A DNA stretch of 64,000 nt from Candidatus Deferrimicrobiaceae bacterium (GTDB taxonomy: Bacteria > Desulfobacterota > Deferrimicrobia > Deferrimicrobiales > Deferrimicrobiaceae): the NCBI GenBank assembly GCA_963792415.1, contig CAWBVY010000009.1, forward strand, positions 1-64,000, in the 5' to 3' direction. This document shows positions 37,007 to 49,172 of the stretch, piece by piece. The notes below the pieces were generated by a model. It made no database searches. It had not been told where the DNA came from and saw only the letters and a list, made by a program, of their open reading frames with translations. Position 1 is the stretch's first letter. The number at the start of each line of letters is the position of its first letter. Position numbers and translations under genes: made by a program.

Positions 37007-39081
37007 CTACCGGTTCGATTCGACGGCGGCCGGAAGGTCGATCACGACTTTCGTGTACCGCCCCTCTTCGCTTTCCAGGCGCAGGCGCCCCCCGTGCTCC
37101 TCGACGATGCCGTGGCTGATGCTCAGCCCCAGACCGGTGCTCCTTCGTTCGGTTTTCGTGGAGAAAAAGGGATTCATCACCTTGTGGAGGATCTCCGCCG
37201 GGATTCCGCAGCCGTGATCCTTGAAGCTGATCCGCACCCGACGACCGCTTTCGCCGGCAATCGGTTCCGCGGTGATCTCCAGGATCTTGTCCTCGTGGGG
37301 TTCGCGGTATTTCTGGTTCAGGGCATGGCGGGCGTTGCTGATGACGTTGACGAAGACCTGCGAGATTTCCTGGGGCTGCGCCCAGACGTCCGGCAGTTCG
37401 TCCGAAAGGCACGTTTTCACCGTGATGTTGTCCCTGCGAAGCTGCGCCGCGTTGAGCGTCATGGTGTCCGACAGCACATCCGGAATGGAAACAACGCTCT
37501 TGTCATTCTGGCGGCGGCGGGCGAACGACAGCAGTCCTGCGACGATACGGTCGATGCGGTCCCCTTCCTTGAGCACGCGCCCGGCAAGATCACGCTCCAT
37601 GCTGCCCTCCTCGGACCGGTCGAGCAGGATCTGCGCGTAATTGATGATGCCGTTGACCGGGTTGTTGATCTCATGGGCCACGCCGGCCGCCAGTTCGCCC
37701 AATGCCGACAGCTGCTGGGAGCGCATGATGGCGGCCGCAGCGGCCTCCTTTTCGGTCACATCCCGCCACAGCGCCACCACCTTCTGCTGCCTGTCGACGT
37801 CCGTCACCGGCGTGTAGCTTTTTTCGAAGCTTCTGCCGTCGGGGGCCTTGTACTCTGCCTGCTGGATCCGGCGGGTATCAATCGCCACCTGCATGAGACA
37901 CGGCTCGCAGGGACGCTGCGCCCCGTAAACGACCTCGTGACAGGCCTTGCCGGCGGAATCGCCGAAATACTCCCCGAAGATTTCGTTGTGATATTCCACC
38001 GTTCGCCCGGCGTTGATGATGCTCACCCCTTCGTGGAGGTGGGAAAGAACCTGTTTCAGCTTGTCGCGCTCGGACGCGACGGCATTCCGGGCATTGATCA
38101 GTTCGGTGATATCGCGAAAGGACTCCACCACGCCGATGACATCGCCCTCCGGGCCGACGAACGGCGTGGCGTTGAGAATGCAGGGGATCATCCTTCCGTC
38201 CAGCCGCTCTTTTTCCACGTGACTCTCCACCGCTTCCTCGCCGTTCGCTATTCTGTGGATGGGGCATCGCCCGGTAAAGCAGTCCGGTCCGGAGAAGGTC
38301 TCGTGGCATTTTTTCCCGACGGCATCCGCCTCTCCCACGCCGGTCAGGGATTCGAGGGTCCTGTTGATTTTCAGCACGTTGAAGTCGGTGTCCACCAGGC
38401 GCATGCCCACCGAGGCGGTCTGGAAGATCTGGTCCAGCTCGGCGTGTGCCTTCTGCAGGTCCCGCTCCATTTTCTTGCGGTCCGAGAGGTCGAAAAAGGT
38501 TTCCAGGAGGTGTTCCCTCCCGCTGTAATTCACGCGGGTGACACTCTTCAAGATCGGCAAAGGCTCCCCTGCGGCCGTCAGCAGGACGCGTTCGGACAGG
38601 TCGATCTCTTGCCCTTTGTCCAGAACAGGGCAGTTGCCTGTATCGGCCGGGCAGAGGTGTTTGTGGCAGACCTCGTCCCTCCACGATTTCCTTGGGCGCT
38701 CCGATCAGTTTGAGGGCGATGGAGTTGACCCAGCTGACCTTGCGGCTTTCCGCATCCACCAGCATGATTCCGGCCGGGTTGTTCTCGAGAATGCGGGACA
38801 GCTCCTTTTCCCGGTCCGCCAGCGCGGCTTCCGTGCGCCGCCGGATATTGATGCTTCGCTGGACGTACACGCTGAAAAGAATGATGAGGACGGATACAAG
38901 CATCCGTTTCCAGATTTCGTGCACATCGGGCGTCCACAGGTGCTCCAGAAAACGGCCGCCGCCGAAAACGGTGACGTGCATCAGCAGATTCCAGGAACCA
39001 GTACGAGAAGGCCAGCCCGACGCCGATCCATACGAAATTCTGGGACGATATCGCCGACTTTGCGTGACGCAACATCCTCAT
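37007..39081 (-). CDS. multi-PAS sensor histidine kinase, frameshifts near 38980 and 38680
   Basis: TM N-terminus split across ORFs 38578..39081 and 37878..38981; PAS domains with GKKCHE and GKACHE; AGVAHEINNP, DHGCGI, TGLGL. Confidence 0.82.
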
Positions 39082-39320
39082 GGCCGCTCCTCCCTCAAAC
39101 GACGGGTTCGGGTTTGGCGGCGAACCGGCAAAAACCCCTGCGCCACACTCAGAATACAGTCTGTTCGATGGTCATGGGAGTAAAAAAAACCGGACCCTGG
39201 CCAGGTCGAGGAAACCGGACCCGATCCGGGTCTTTGCAGCTGATGGGCGCGCCCCTTATTGCCGTCCGGGATCTCCCCGGCCATAACGCGCTTTGTCCGC
39301 CGGATCCGCTCCCTTGATAC

Positions 39321-39492
39321 TGTGCCGTGGCACACACCGTGCCTTTGTTCCATGTGTCATGACACACATTCCTTCCGCTCCCCGCAGTTTCCCAACAGCA
39401 CCCTACCACACTTTAACTTTCCGAAATAATTCCTTTTTTTCTGACGCCGCCTTCTCGCCGGTGACCGGTCAGGCCATGGCACGATAATTGGT
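39321..39492 (+). promoter_or_regulatory. two palindromic enhancer-like sites and a near-consensus sigma54 promoter
   Basis: TGTGCCGTGGCACA at 39321-39334, TGTGTCATGACACA at 39353-39366, TGGCACGATAATTGG at 39477-39491. Confidence 0.65.
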
Positions 39493-39856
39493 ACTGTTTG
39501 TAGATAAACAAGGAGCGTCATTACCGACTATGGCGGCTCAAACCGTATCGACGGCGGACGGGGGGGGCAAGGACGTGTCCGGTCCTGGACGACCCCGAGC
39601 CGGACTGCTACTGCCTGGACCTGACGAGCCTGCAGATTCAGATGGCCATTCAATATTGCCTGGGCAATTTCAGACAGTGCCCCATCTACATGCGGATCAT
39701 GGGGGTTACCGAAAATTGAAATCCGGGTCGGATGGCAGTTGAAGCCGATGAACAGAAAGGGGTCATTAACAGAGGGAAACAGCGGCGCGTGTCCCGGTTC
39801 GCAGGAATCTGCCGGGACCAAGGGATATTCACCGCAGGAGTGAAAGGAGGTGCCAA

Positions 39857-41360
39857 ATGAAAAGGAAGGCGATGATCACACTGCTGGTCAGTGTCGCGAT
39901 GATCTTGGCAACCCCGATGCCAACCATGGGAAAAGGGAAACCGACGACCCGGGTGGCGGCGGTGGTAAACCGGCCCCGGATTACGGGGACCTCTTCGTAC
40001 TCTATCGCGACGCGCGCGGTGTCCCCTACCTCACCCAGGAGGTAAGTGGTACAGGCTCGTGTCAACAGCCCCTCCCGTCCGATACGTGCGTTTCTGTTCC
40101 ACCGGCTGGATGCGTGTTGGTAGCTGGAGAAAAAGATGGAATTTTGGACCCAAACGTACTTGTTATTCCGGTCAACCCGGCCACCTGTGCTGTCTTGGTT
40201 GAATGTGCGACCTGCACGCAGGAGGTCGACTTCGGCCGCATCAGCGATGTGCGCTCGCCGGATTCGGTGTTTGAGGCCCAGCTGGAGGACGCCGTCTTCA
40301 AACTGGCCACTGCCGACTGCATCTCCATGGACCCCGCCGGACGGCTGGTCACCAGCACAGTAGCAGGAGATGTTGTCTCTACGGCCACCATCGACTCGCC
40401 GCTGCAGAACCTGGCGATCTACAGGAACTCATGTTGCATGGCCCCTCGGGGATTTCAACCTGCTGGAACCTCTGGAACCTTATGACCTCAACACCGTGGC
40501 CAGGGCCTTGGGCGCCGCCTCCGACAAGACCGGCAAGGTCACCGTGGACATGGTGGTCTACGTCAACCAGATCATGGGCCTGACCGCGCAGGGAGTGTCT
40601 GCGCTTGGGATCCGATATGCCAGGAAAACCGGGAAGAGGTGAAAGGCCAGGTGAAGTTGGTGGAAAAGTGCGACCTGGACTACGGAATCTATGTCTATGA
40701 CCGCACAACGAACTTCGGGGCGCTGCCCAATCCGTGCGTCATCCCTGAGAAGAATCCCCAGCTTGGCATGTTCGAGTACCTGCGGAAGGGGATCATCTAC
40801 GTTCGAGATCAAGCAGGACTCAATCCTAGACCGTGTTCGGTACTGAGGTCGGTTTCGAGGACGGCAACATCGGGGGCTTCGCCCAGGCGGCCGACGACGC
40901 CCGGCGGTCATCGACTTCATGCACACCTGGCCGGTGCCAGGCGACGCCGCGACCCCGGTGGTCTGCACAGCCTCCTCTCCTATCGTCACCTATGACGTTC
41001 GATCAGCGATGTGTCCGGACTGGAGGTGCCCAGGAAGATTGTGGACGGCTCGGAGGGCAGGGATCATCGTGACCGTCGCGAACGCGGGTCCGGACCCGGC
41101 GACGGGAACGGTCACGGTGACGGCCGACGCCGGCAATGGAGTCCTCATCGCCGGCTCCCCGTGGACCGATGAATTCGCCGATCTCGCTCAGGGCGCGAGC
41201 GAGTCGAACATCGAGTTCTTCAGCATCAACCTTGCCGAACGAAACAATCGTTCGGACGGCGATCGTCGATGCCCTGGATGATGTGAACCTTGGCAACAAC
41301 ATCGTCACCGTGACCAGCACCGTCAAGGTGACAGGAAGTGGAGGTGGCGGCCGCCCATAA
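39857..41360 (+). CDS. secreted hypothetical protein, multiply frameshifted
   Basis: AGGAGG RBS and signal peptide MKRKAMITLL; continuous protein-like segments (DYGDLFVLYRD, IDSPLQNLAIY, ALGAASDKTG, FAQAADDAR, VTSTVKVTG) across frames. Confidence 0.6.
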
Positions 41361-41512
41361 CCGGCCAGCGCTATCCGGCAGCAGCAGGCGCGAAAGCCCC
41401 GGCCGCAAAGGCCCGGGGCCTGCCATAACCATGACCGCTCGGGGGGCGGGCGACCGTCCCCCGCGTTCCATGCAGGCTGATCCTGCGCAATCCCGCGCGG
41501 AGGAGGGAAACG

Positions 41513-43252
41513 ATGATCACCCGATACCTGCAGTCGCTGTTTCTGGCAGTCGCGGCGGCAACGATGGCGGCAACCGTCGCGCCCGCCGCGGGCCCGCCCC
41601 CGCTTGCGCTCGACTGGGCCACGGTGGTGAACAACACCGATGAGATGCCGGGCGCGTGTGTAAAAGGAATACGAACCTTCAACAGCTACAACCAGCCCTC
41701 GGTGAACGCGGCCGGGTTGGTCGTCATCCGGGCTCGCAGCACGGGCGGCCCGCCATGTGGGCCGGCCACCCACGGGATCTACACGCGCGACATGTCCGTG
41801 GACGGCAGCCCCATCGTCAGGATCCTGGACCGGACCACCCCGGTTCCGCATCCCAACAACTTATGCCACCAAATTCGTCGAGACCCCGTCCTTCCCGCGC
41901 ATCGACATCGGGTCGGACACCATCGCCACCCGCGGGAACCATCCGCCGGTGTGGAGATATGCTCCGGTACGAAGACGACTGAGACCCGGGCGGGGACCAC
42001 GGGCATCTACGCCAACCCGTTCGGCGATCTCATCACCGGCGCCTCCAAGCTCGGTGCCGTCCCCGAATTCGGCGACTTCTTCGAGGTCCCCGGCGCCGCC
42101 CCCTGGACCATGTTCGACGTGTTCCCCGGGTCGCCCTCGGTGACCAACGGCACGACCATCGTGTTCAAGGGGAACTACACGGTGGATGGCGTGGGCAAGA
42201 CCGGGGTGTTCTACCGCGACCTCGAAGATGGGGACCATGGCGGGTTCTCCCCCGTGAAGCTGATCGCCAACAACACGGACACCCTCATCCCCGGCACCAA
42301 GCACGCGTCTTCGGCTCCACCTCCCCGCCCAGCGCCGCCGGCGAGAAGGCCGTGTTCGCCGGCTTCGACAACGAGGAAAACCCCACCCTGGGCGGCCTCT
42401 ACCTGGCCGACCTCAAAAATCCGAAGAAACTCAAGACGCTCGTCAAGCATCGGCGAGAGGGTCCCCGGGGAGCCCGGCTACGATACCTTCAACCGCCTCG
42501 GGGAAGGCGTCGCGTTCGACGGTCGCTACGTGGGATTCTGGGGCGCCTGGGGGACGGAGACCAAGACCGTGCGCCTCTACTGCCCGACGGAAGGAAACAA
42601 GGACCGCATCGCTTATTGCAATCAAAAACTGATCTGCGACACGGGAATACGAGGAGACCGGGCCGCGTGGTCGAAAAAGACCCGAACAGAAATCTGCGAT
42701 GGCACGGCTGCTATCAGGAGAAGCAGGTCCCGGTGCGCCAGGGCATCTTCGTCCACGACACCGATAGAAAAGGGAATACGCGGATGGTGGCGAAGACCGG
42801 AGACGCCTTCGATGATTTCGTCTTCTGGAACTACTCCGGGCAAGCCCCCCTGCGTGGGCATACGGGGCCACGGACAGGAAGGCGCCGAGGACGACGGCGA
42901 GCCGGCGCGCTGGCGCTCCTCGTCGTTCGTCGCGGTTTCAACGGTTCTACACCGCCTTCAAGGCTTCTTCTGCAGGCCAGGTCGGGCAATCTACCTCAAA
43001 TCTGCAGCGATCCGGGACAGCATTCCTGGTCACCGTCCTGGACACGACCATGGACGGGACGACATCTCGACCCGGAGTATGCCGTCCGGAGGGATCCATA
43101 TCGAAAGATCACGGGAGGTGGGGCTCGAGCGCGAGGGGCTGCGCGGCGACTGGCTCGTCATCAACGCAAAGATGGGCATCGAAGGAGGCTCCGAGGAAGA
43201 AGGGATGGCCGGGATCTACGTGACCCGCGTGCCGATCACCCCGCCGCGCTAG
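41513..43252 (+). CDS. secreted hypothetical protein (possible beta-propeller), internal compensating frameshifts
   Basis: GGAGG RBS, signal peptide, FNSYNQPSVN, IVFKGNY...TGVFYR, GLEREGLRG.WL. Confidence 0.6.
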   Translation: MITRYLQSLFLAVAAATMAATVAPAAGPPPLALDWATVVNNTDEMPGACVKGIRTFNSYNQPSVNAAGLVVIRARSTGGPPCGPATHGIYTRDMSVDGSPIVRILDRTTPVPHPNNLCHQIRRDPVLPAHRHRVGHHRHPREPSAGVEICSGTKTTETRAGTTGIYANPFGDLITGASKLGAVPEFGDFFEVPGAAPWTMFDVFPGSPSVTNGTTIVFKGNYTVDGVGKTGVFYRDLEDGDHGGFSPVKLIANNTDTLIPGTKHASSAPPPRPAPPARRPCSPASTTRKTPPWAASTWPTSKIRRNSRRSSSIGERVPGEPGYDTFNRLGEGVAFDGRYVGFWGAWGTETKTVRLYCPTEGNKDRIAYCNQKLICDTGIRGDRAAWSKKTRTEICDGTAAIRRSRSRCARASSSTTPIEKGIRGWWRRPETPSMISSSGTTPGKPPCVGIRGHGQEGAEDDGEPARWRSSSFVAVSTVLHRLQGFFCRPGRAIYLKSAAIRDSIPGHRPGHDHGRDDISTRSMPSGGIHIERSREVGLEREGLRGDWLVINAKMGIEGGSEEEGMAGIYVTRVPITPPR

Positions 43253-43321
43253 TACTGACGGGTTGCGCCCGGGCGTGCGCGGCGCCACAAGATGACGCGA
43301 ACCTCCAAGCCAGGAGGAACC

Positions 43322-44590
43322 ATGAGAAGGGCCACTTTCTTCCCATTGCTTTCCTTGCTTCTTATATCCCTTCTGTCATCTTGTGGTGGTAGCGGAGGGG
43401 GAGGGGAATCGACCAGCAGCACCGGCGCAGCTCCCATCGCTACATCCGTTGCGGCCACGTCCATAACCGATAATAACGCCACCCTGAATGGCACCGTAAA
43501 TCCGAACGGCCTTGCCACCCAGGCATGGTTTGAATACGGCACGGATCCCGGTCTTCAGACATATTCAAGTTCTCCCAATCAGGATGCAGGAAATGGATTG
43601 ATTGCCCAATCGGTAAGTACGACCTTGAGCGTTTTGGCACCGGGAACGACTTACTACTTTCGGGTCTGTGCGGAAAACAGCGGGGGGTATTCAGAGGGGC
43701 AGGTCATGAGTTTTACAACTGCGTCTCCTGCCAGCCCTCCCGCGGTCACAACGATCGCAGCGACATCGGTCGGGGCGACGGGAGCAACGCTGAATGGGAG
43801 TGTAATCCCCAATGGTCTGGCAACCAATGCATGGTTCGAGTGGGGAACGGACTCGACTCTCGCCGGTTACAGTACAACGGTAACCCAAGCGGTGGGGTCG
43901 GGGACGACTTCTCAAACAATCCATCAGGCGCTGACCGGACTTGCCACCGGAACCATCTACTACTACCGTGTTGCAGCCAGCAACGGATCGGGGACCAGCA
44001 AAGGCGACATCCTGAGTTTTCCTCCCCCCCGGCGCAGCGCCGACGGTTACGACACTTGCGGCAACGTTGGTTGCGTCAACCAGTGCAACGCTTAACGGGA
44101 ATGTGAACCCGAACGGCCTGGCAACCGACGCATGGTTTGAGTGGGGAACCAACCCGAGCCTGGACACCTTCAGCACGACATATCCCAAGGCGCTGGAGGC
44201 CGGGACAAATATTCTGCCAGTGATGGCGACCCTGTCCGGATTGAGTTCCGTGACAACCTACTACTATCGTGTGGCCGCTTCCAACGCAACGGGATCAGCC
44301 GCCGGGTCGATTGCAAGTTTCACCACCGCATCTCTTCTCTCCTTTGGAGTTGTTTCCACAACTCCAACAAACAATGCAACGGAAGTCCCTTTAGGCAGTA
44401 CCATTACAGTTACCTTTAACCAGGATGTGGACGTTGCCACCCTTGTAGGCGCGATAACGGTTAGCAGTTTCCACCGGGGATCTTCCAGGAGTGATTTCGT
44501 ACAACTCCACGACGAAAACGGCGACGTTTACACCCGGCGCACCGTTTGCTCCTCTAACCGACTACACGGTGACGGTTGACGATAAAGTGA
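43322..44590 (+). CDS. lipoprotein with three FN3-like repeats and a truncated Ig-like (Big_5) domain; frameshift near 44030
   Basis: Lipobox LSSC-GGSGGG; three ATLNG.V.PNGLAT.AWFE(Y/W)GT...TYYYRV repeats; VVSTTP.NNATEVP...ITVTFN. Confidence 0.7.
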
Positions 44591-44717
44591 AATCCGACGA
44601 CGGTGTACGATTGCCCGCGCCGTATATATTTGGCTTTAAAACCGGTTCTGCTTTCTAGGGAAAGGATTCCAATTTGGATAATTCCTGGCCGAAGGCCCCG
44701 CCGCGCTAGTCGTTTCG

Positions 44718-44768
44718 GGTTGCGCCCGGGCGCGCTGCGCCGCGAAGGCGGCCTGCCCGGGCGCAACC
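44718..44768. repeat. 14-bp perfect inverted repeat (REP- or terminator-like)
   Basis: GGTTGCGCCCGGGC at 44718-44731 and GCCCGGGCGCAACC at 44755-44768; the left arm recurs at 43261-43274. Confidence 0.6.
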
Positions 44769-44790
44769 TCCGCCCCGTGCGACCGTCGGT

Positions 44791-44973
44791 TCAGGGATCG
44801 GTTTTCGATTCTCCGCTGCCGACCTGCTGCCGGTAGTGATCGACGAGCCGCTCCCACTCCAGGAACTCGATCGCGGATAGAGGAACATATCGCGGCTCGA
44901 AAATGAGGACGGCCCGAAGTCCGTCGGTGTGATACGTCCCGCCGCCCGAAGTCGTCCGCGGGCTCGACGCCAT
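44791..44973 (-). pseudogene. C-terminal fragment of a second LssY-like gene
   Basis: YHTDGLRAVLIFEP...IEFLEWE aligns with YFTDGLRAVIILET...IRALHWE of 17060..18421. Confidence 0.6.
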
Positions 44974-44982
44974 GGAATCCTG

Positions 44983-45666
44983 TCAGGTTTTCTCTATCCG
45001 GAAGACCAGAAAAGCCCCCCGGGAAGGGATGGAAGGACTGGCATATCTTTTCTATCAGCCTTCCGGTGAATATGCAGAACGCGTTGTCAAACGGCAAAGC
45101 AAAAACGGCCCCCTTTACAACGGTTTTGTATCCGAACTTTTCCGCCACGCGTTTCAGCTCCTTGAAGGAATAAAACCTTGCACCCCTGAACACGGGAGCC
45201 GGCATCTTTTCGCGCTGCCATGCTCCTCTTGAGTGCCCATAACGAACCCGAACCGAGCGTCCCTACCACGACCCTGCCCCCCTTTCTGCATACCCTCAGC
45301 ATTTCGGATATCGCCTTTTCGTATTCCTCTATGAACTCCAGCGCCGTTATGGATATGACGAGGTCGAAACTCTCATCCGGAAAGTCGAGGGATACGGCAT
45401 CACCGACAGAGACATTGGTCAATCCCTTCGATCTCGCGATATCGAGCATTTTTTCGGACACATCGATCCCGGTAATCTCCCGTCTTGTATTTCATCAGTT
45501 CCAAGGCGAAAATACCGGTCCCGATCCCTATGTCCAGGACCTTGTCTCCGGGCTTTGGCGCTGCAAGCTCCAGGACCAGTTCTTTTTCGTAATGAAGAAC
45601 GTACCTTCCCATCCCGGTGTTGAACCAGTTGTCGTAATGTTCGGCGAACCCGTCAAATGGTTGCAT
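44983..45666 (-). CDS. class I SAM-dependent methyltransferase, frameshifted
   Basis: VLDIGIGTG, D.SEKML, FPDESFDLVISITALEF, RVCRKGG across three frames. Confidence 0.75.
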
Positions 45667-45972
45667 GGTGACCTATCCCCCATCCTTATCACCATCCACT
45701 CGTTCCCGTTCGTGGGTGGCCATGGTCCCCTCCTCAAGGAACGCTGGATATCCGGCCCGCGTATCATGCGGTCGGATGGTGTGGTCTGCGTGGATGGACA
45801 CCCGACTGTCGCAATACGGATCTCTGCGTCCCTGGTACGGAGTACATCGCCATTTTATCAGGTTGAAGAGCGCGACACGACCACCCTCCTGTCACCCCGG
45901 AAGTATTCTCAATTTGATGCCGGGGGCGTAAAAATATCGTTAGCAAGCCGATGATTCCTCATTTATATAAAG

Positions 45973-47851
45973 GTGATGGCGCATGCGCGGATGGAAAGCT
46001 TAACTCCGGGCCTTGGCGAAGAGGGCATAAAGAGGGGTCTCGCGCGTCAGGTCGCCTGCTACGGTTTGCTTTTCCTCTTGTGTTGCATGCATGCGGCCTG
46101 CTCCGCCCGTGTCGCACAGGGGGGGGATTTTGCACCCATCGCCGCCGCCCATCTGTCTGCCGGAAGCACTGTCGATCCAGCGTCTGATCCTGTACCTGTC
46201 TCCCCTCTCCCGCAGGCGGGTCTGGACAACGTTCCCTCCGTTCCCGAACCGCACCTGTTACAGGGTTACGCCTGTCGAACGCACCGGAGGGACGGCTTCC
46301 GTCCGACAAGGAACTGGTGGCCAATGGCATCCGTCATCGGCGATATCGTCATCCGCAACGAGAATATCTTCGACACCACCGATCCCAGGGAAGACAACTG
46401 GCTCTTCCGCCTGGTGAACAAACTCCACATCAAGACTCACCCGTGGCTGATCCGGAATCAGCTCCTGTTCCGGACCGGGGACACGTACGACAGACGACTC
46501 CTCGATGAGTCGGGCCGAATCTTGCGGTCGAACGGGTATTTCTACGATGCCGGGATCCGGCCGATCGCTTTTCATGAAGGCCGGGTCGACGTCGAGGTCC
46601 TCACCCGCTATGTTTGGACCTTCTAGGCCCGGGATGCTTTTCCGGGTGACAGGGAGGGAGAACTCGACCAGCATGAACATCTCCGACTCGAATCTTTTCG
46701 GAACCGGCGCCGCGATCAGCTTCTCGCACGCGTCGACGCCTGACCGGGACATGGACAGCGTGTATCTCGCTTCGACGCACGTCGGTGGCACCTGGCTCCG
46801 GACCGAACTGCTCTATTCCCGCAACAGCGACGGGTGGACGCGGAGCGCTCTCCTCGAGCGGCCCTTTTACGCCCTCGACACCCGCTGGGCTGCCGGTGGA
46901 AATATCGTGGACGACTTGCGGGTAGATCCTCTTCTTCGGGCACGTGGGGGTTGCCAGCGAGTTCCAGACGCATGCGAAAAAAGCGAATGCCTGGGGAGGG
47001 TGGCTCGGGAGGTCTGAAAAGCGGCTGGGTCAAGCGCTTCACGATCGGGTTCACCCAGGACGAATCGCGGTTTGCGCCCACGCCGGGGAAACGTCCCCAG
47101 TGACCCCATCTCCTGCCTGATCGGATCCTGGCGTACCCCTGGGTCGGTTTTGAGCTCGTGGAAGATTTTTTCGAGAAGGAGAAAAACCGGGACCAGATCG
47201 AAGCGGACCGAGGATTTTTTCCTGGGGACACGCTTTCGCGCGTCGCTGGGTTACTCGAGCACCATTTTCGGCGCCGACCGCGAGGCGGCCATCTTCAGCG
47301 GCAAGTTCGGGAGAAGTTTCGAGGCGACGGACTTCTCGACCCTTCTCGTGGATACCTCCGCCAATGGTCGGGTCGAGAGCGGGTCGATGCGCGACACGAC
47401 CCTGACGGCCGACGGACGCCTGTACGTGAGCCTGTCGAAGAGGCTTCTTTTCTATTCCATGCTGTCCGGCAAAATGGGAATAAATCTCGATCCGGACCAC
47501 GAGTACGTGCTCGGCGGGGAAAACGGGTTGCGCGGATATCCGAGCAATTATCAGGTCGGGGACAGAAGCGTTCTATTCACAATGGAAGGGCGATACTTCT
47601 CGCCGCTATATCTCTTCCGGTTGGTCCGCGTCGGAGGGGCCGCCTTCTGCGACATTGGAAGGGCCTGGGGCGCGGACTTCGTGAATGCACAGGACGCCGG
47701 CACCCTGCGGGATGTCGGTTTCGGCCTCCGGTTGTCAATGACCCGGTCGGGGTTGGGAAACGTCATTCACATCGATTTTGCATTTCCCTTGGACGGCGAT
47801 CCGACGATCAGCCATGTGCAGTACCTCGTCACGACGAAAAAGAGCTTCTGA
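45973..47851 (+). CDS. BamA/TamA-like outer-membrane protein (POTRA plus barrel), multiply frameshifted
   Basis: IFD...LVNKLHIKT...QLLF..GD.YD...ESGRILR; LGGENGLRGYP, DIGRAW, DVGFGLR, terminal Phe. Confidence 0.72.
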
Positions 47852-47900
47852 CAGAGGGTCCCACCCTGGTGGCCTGCCCCCGTGCCCCCCCCGCACCGCG

Positions 47901-47955
47901 CGAGGGGCTTCCCCGCGTCGGCCGCGACTGGGACAAACCCCTATCTCACCCCGAA
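47901..47955 (-). mobile_element. decayed fragment of the att-like module (promoter-proximal part)
   Basis: CGAGGGGCTTCCCCGCGTCGGCCGCGACTGGGACAAACCCCTATCTCACCCCGAA aligns with 7337-7390 CAAGGGGTTTCCCGCGTCAACCGCGACCGGGAGAAACCCCCCTTTCACCCCGAA. Confidence 0.65.
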
Positions 47956-48024
47956 CTCGTAGATCTTCTTGCCCCTCGATCGAGGCCCTCCTGTGCTGCC
48001 CAGGTTGGCCGCCATCGCTTGCGT

Positions 48025-48125
48025 TTCGGTCCGTCTCTCCAGGCAATCGCCTCGAGTTCGACGCGGGCGGCGTCCTCGACCGGAATCACGGGTCGCACCT
48101 GGAACTCGAATGCAGGAGAGGAGTT
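48025..48125 (-). pseudogene. DUF3303-family C-terminal remnant
   Basis: PAFEFQVRPVIPVEDAARVELEAIAWRDG. Confidence 0.5.
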
Positions 48126-48176
48126 TCCGCTCCTTGCAAGGGGCACGGACGATCACTTTCGATCGAAAACTCGAGG

Positions 48177-49172
48177 CTATGGCGCAACGGGGTGTGGCAC
48201 GTACGGCGCCTCCAGTGCCGTGACTTCGTCGCCGGAGAGTGGAACGCCGAGCGCCCCCACCGCCGCCTCGAGGTGCTCCATCTTCGTCGCGCCGATTATG
48301 GGGGCTGTCACGGCGTCATTCCGGAGCAGCCAGGCCAGGGCGATCTGGGCGTGAGGCAGGTTGCGTGCCTTCGCCAGCTTGTCGACCCCGGCGAGCACCC
48401 GCTGGTCCGCCTCGGGCATCGACGAATACAGGATCTTGATAATGCGGTCCGTCCCCGACCGGCTCGTTCCCTTCGCCACCGGCGCGCGTGCCAGGGCACC
48501 TCGCGCGAGAGGGCTCCACGGGAGCAACCCGACTCCCTGGTCGCGGCAGAGGGGTATCATCTCGCGCTCCTCCTCGCGGTAGAGGAGGTTGTAGTGGTTC
48601 TGCATCGACACGAAGCGTGTCCATCCGTGTTTCTCGGCCACGTGCTGCGCCTTGGCGAATTGCCAGGCGCGCATGGACGACGCGCCCAGGTACCGCACCT
48701 TGCCCATGCGGACGACGTCGTGAAGCGCCTCCATCGTCTCCTCGATCGGCGTCGCGTCATCCCAGCGATGAATCTGGTAGAGGTCGACGTAGTCCGTCCC
48801 GAGCCGCTTCAGGCTCGCGTCGATTTCGTGGAGGATCACCTTGCGCGAGAGACCTCCGCCGTTTGGACCGGGGCGCATCACCCCCCAGACCTTGGTGGCG
48901 ATGACGACCTCTTCGCGGCGAGCGAACTCGCGCAGCGCGCGGCCGGTGATCTCCTCGCTTGCCCCGAAGCAGTAAATGTTGGCCGTGTCGAAGAAGTTGA
49001 CGCCGAGCTCGATGGCGCGCTTGAAGAACGGCCGCGATTCGTCCTCCCTCAGCGCCCACTCCCAGCGCAGATTCGATCCCGCCACTGTCGCGGCGGGATC
49101 TCCGTAGCTCATGCAACCGAGGCAGATTCGAGAGACGGTGAGACCGGTGTTGCCGAGTCGTCGGTATTCCAT
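48177..49172 (-). CDS. aldo/keto reductase (YajO-like)
   Basis: MEYRRLGNTGL.VSRICLGCMSYG, FFDTANIY, LGTDYVDLYQIHRWD, MQNHYNLLYREEERE, PWSPLARG. Confidence 0.92.
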   Translation of the reverse strand: MEYRRLGNTGLTVSRICLGCMSYGDPAATVAGSNLRWEWALREDESRPFFKRAIELGVNFFDTANIYCFGASEEITGRALREFARREEVVIATKVWGVMRPGPNGGGLSRKVILHEIDASLKRLGTDYVDLYQIHRWDDATPIEETMEALHDVVRMGKVRYLGASSMRAWQFAKAQHVAEKHGWTRFVSMQNHYNLLYREEEREMIPLCRDQGVGLLPWSPLARGALARAPVAKGTSRSGTDRIIKILYSSMPEADQRVLAGVDKLAKARNLPHAQIALAWLLRNDAVTAPIIGATKMEHLEAAVGALGVPLSGDEVTALEAPYVPHPVAP

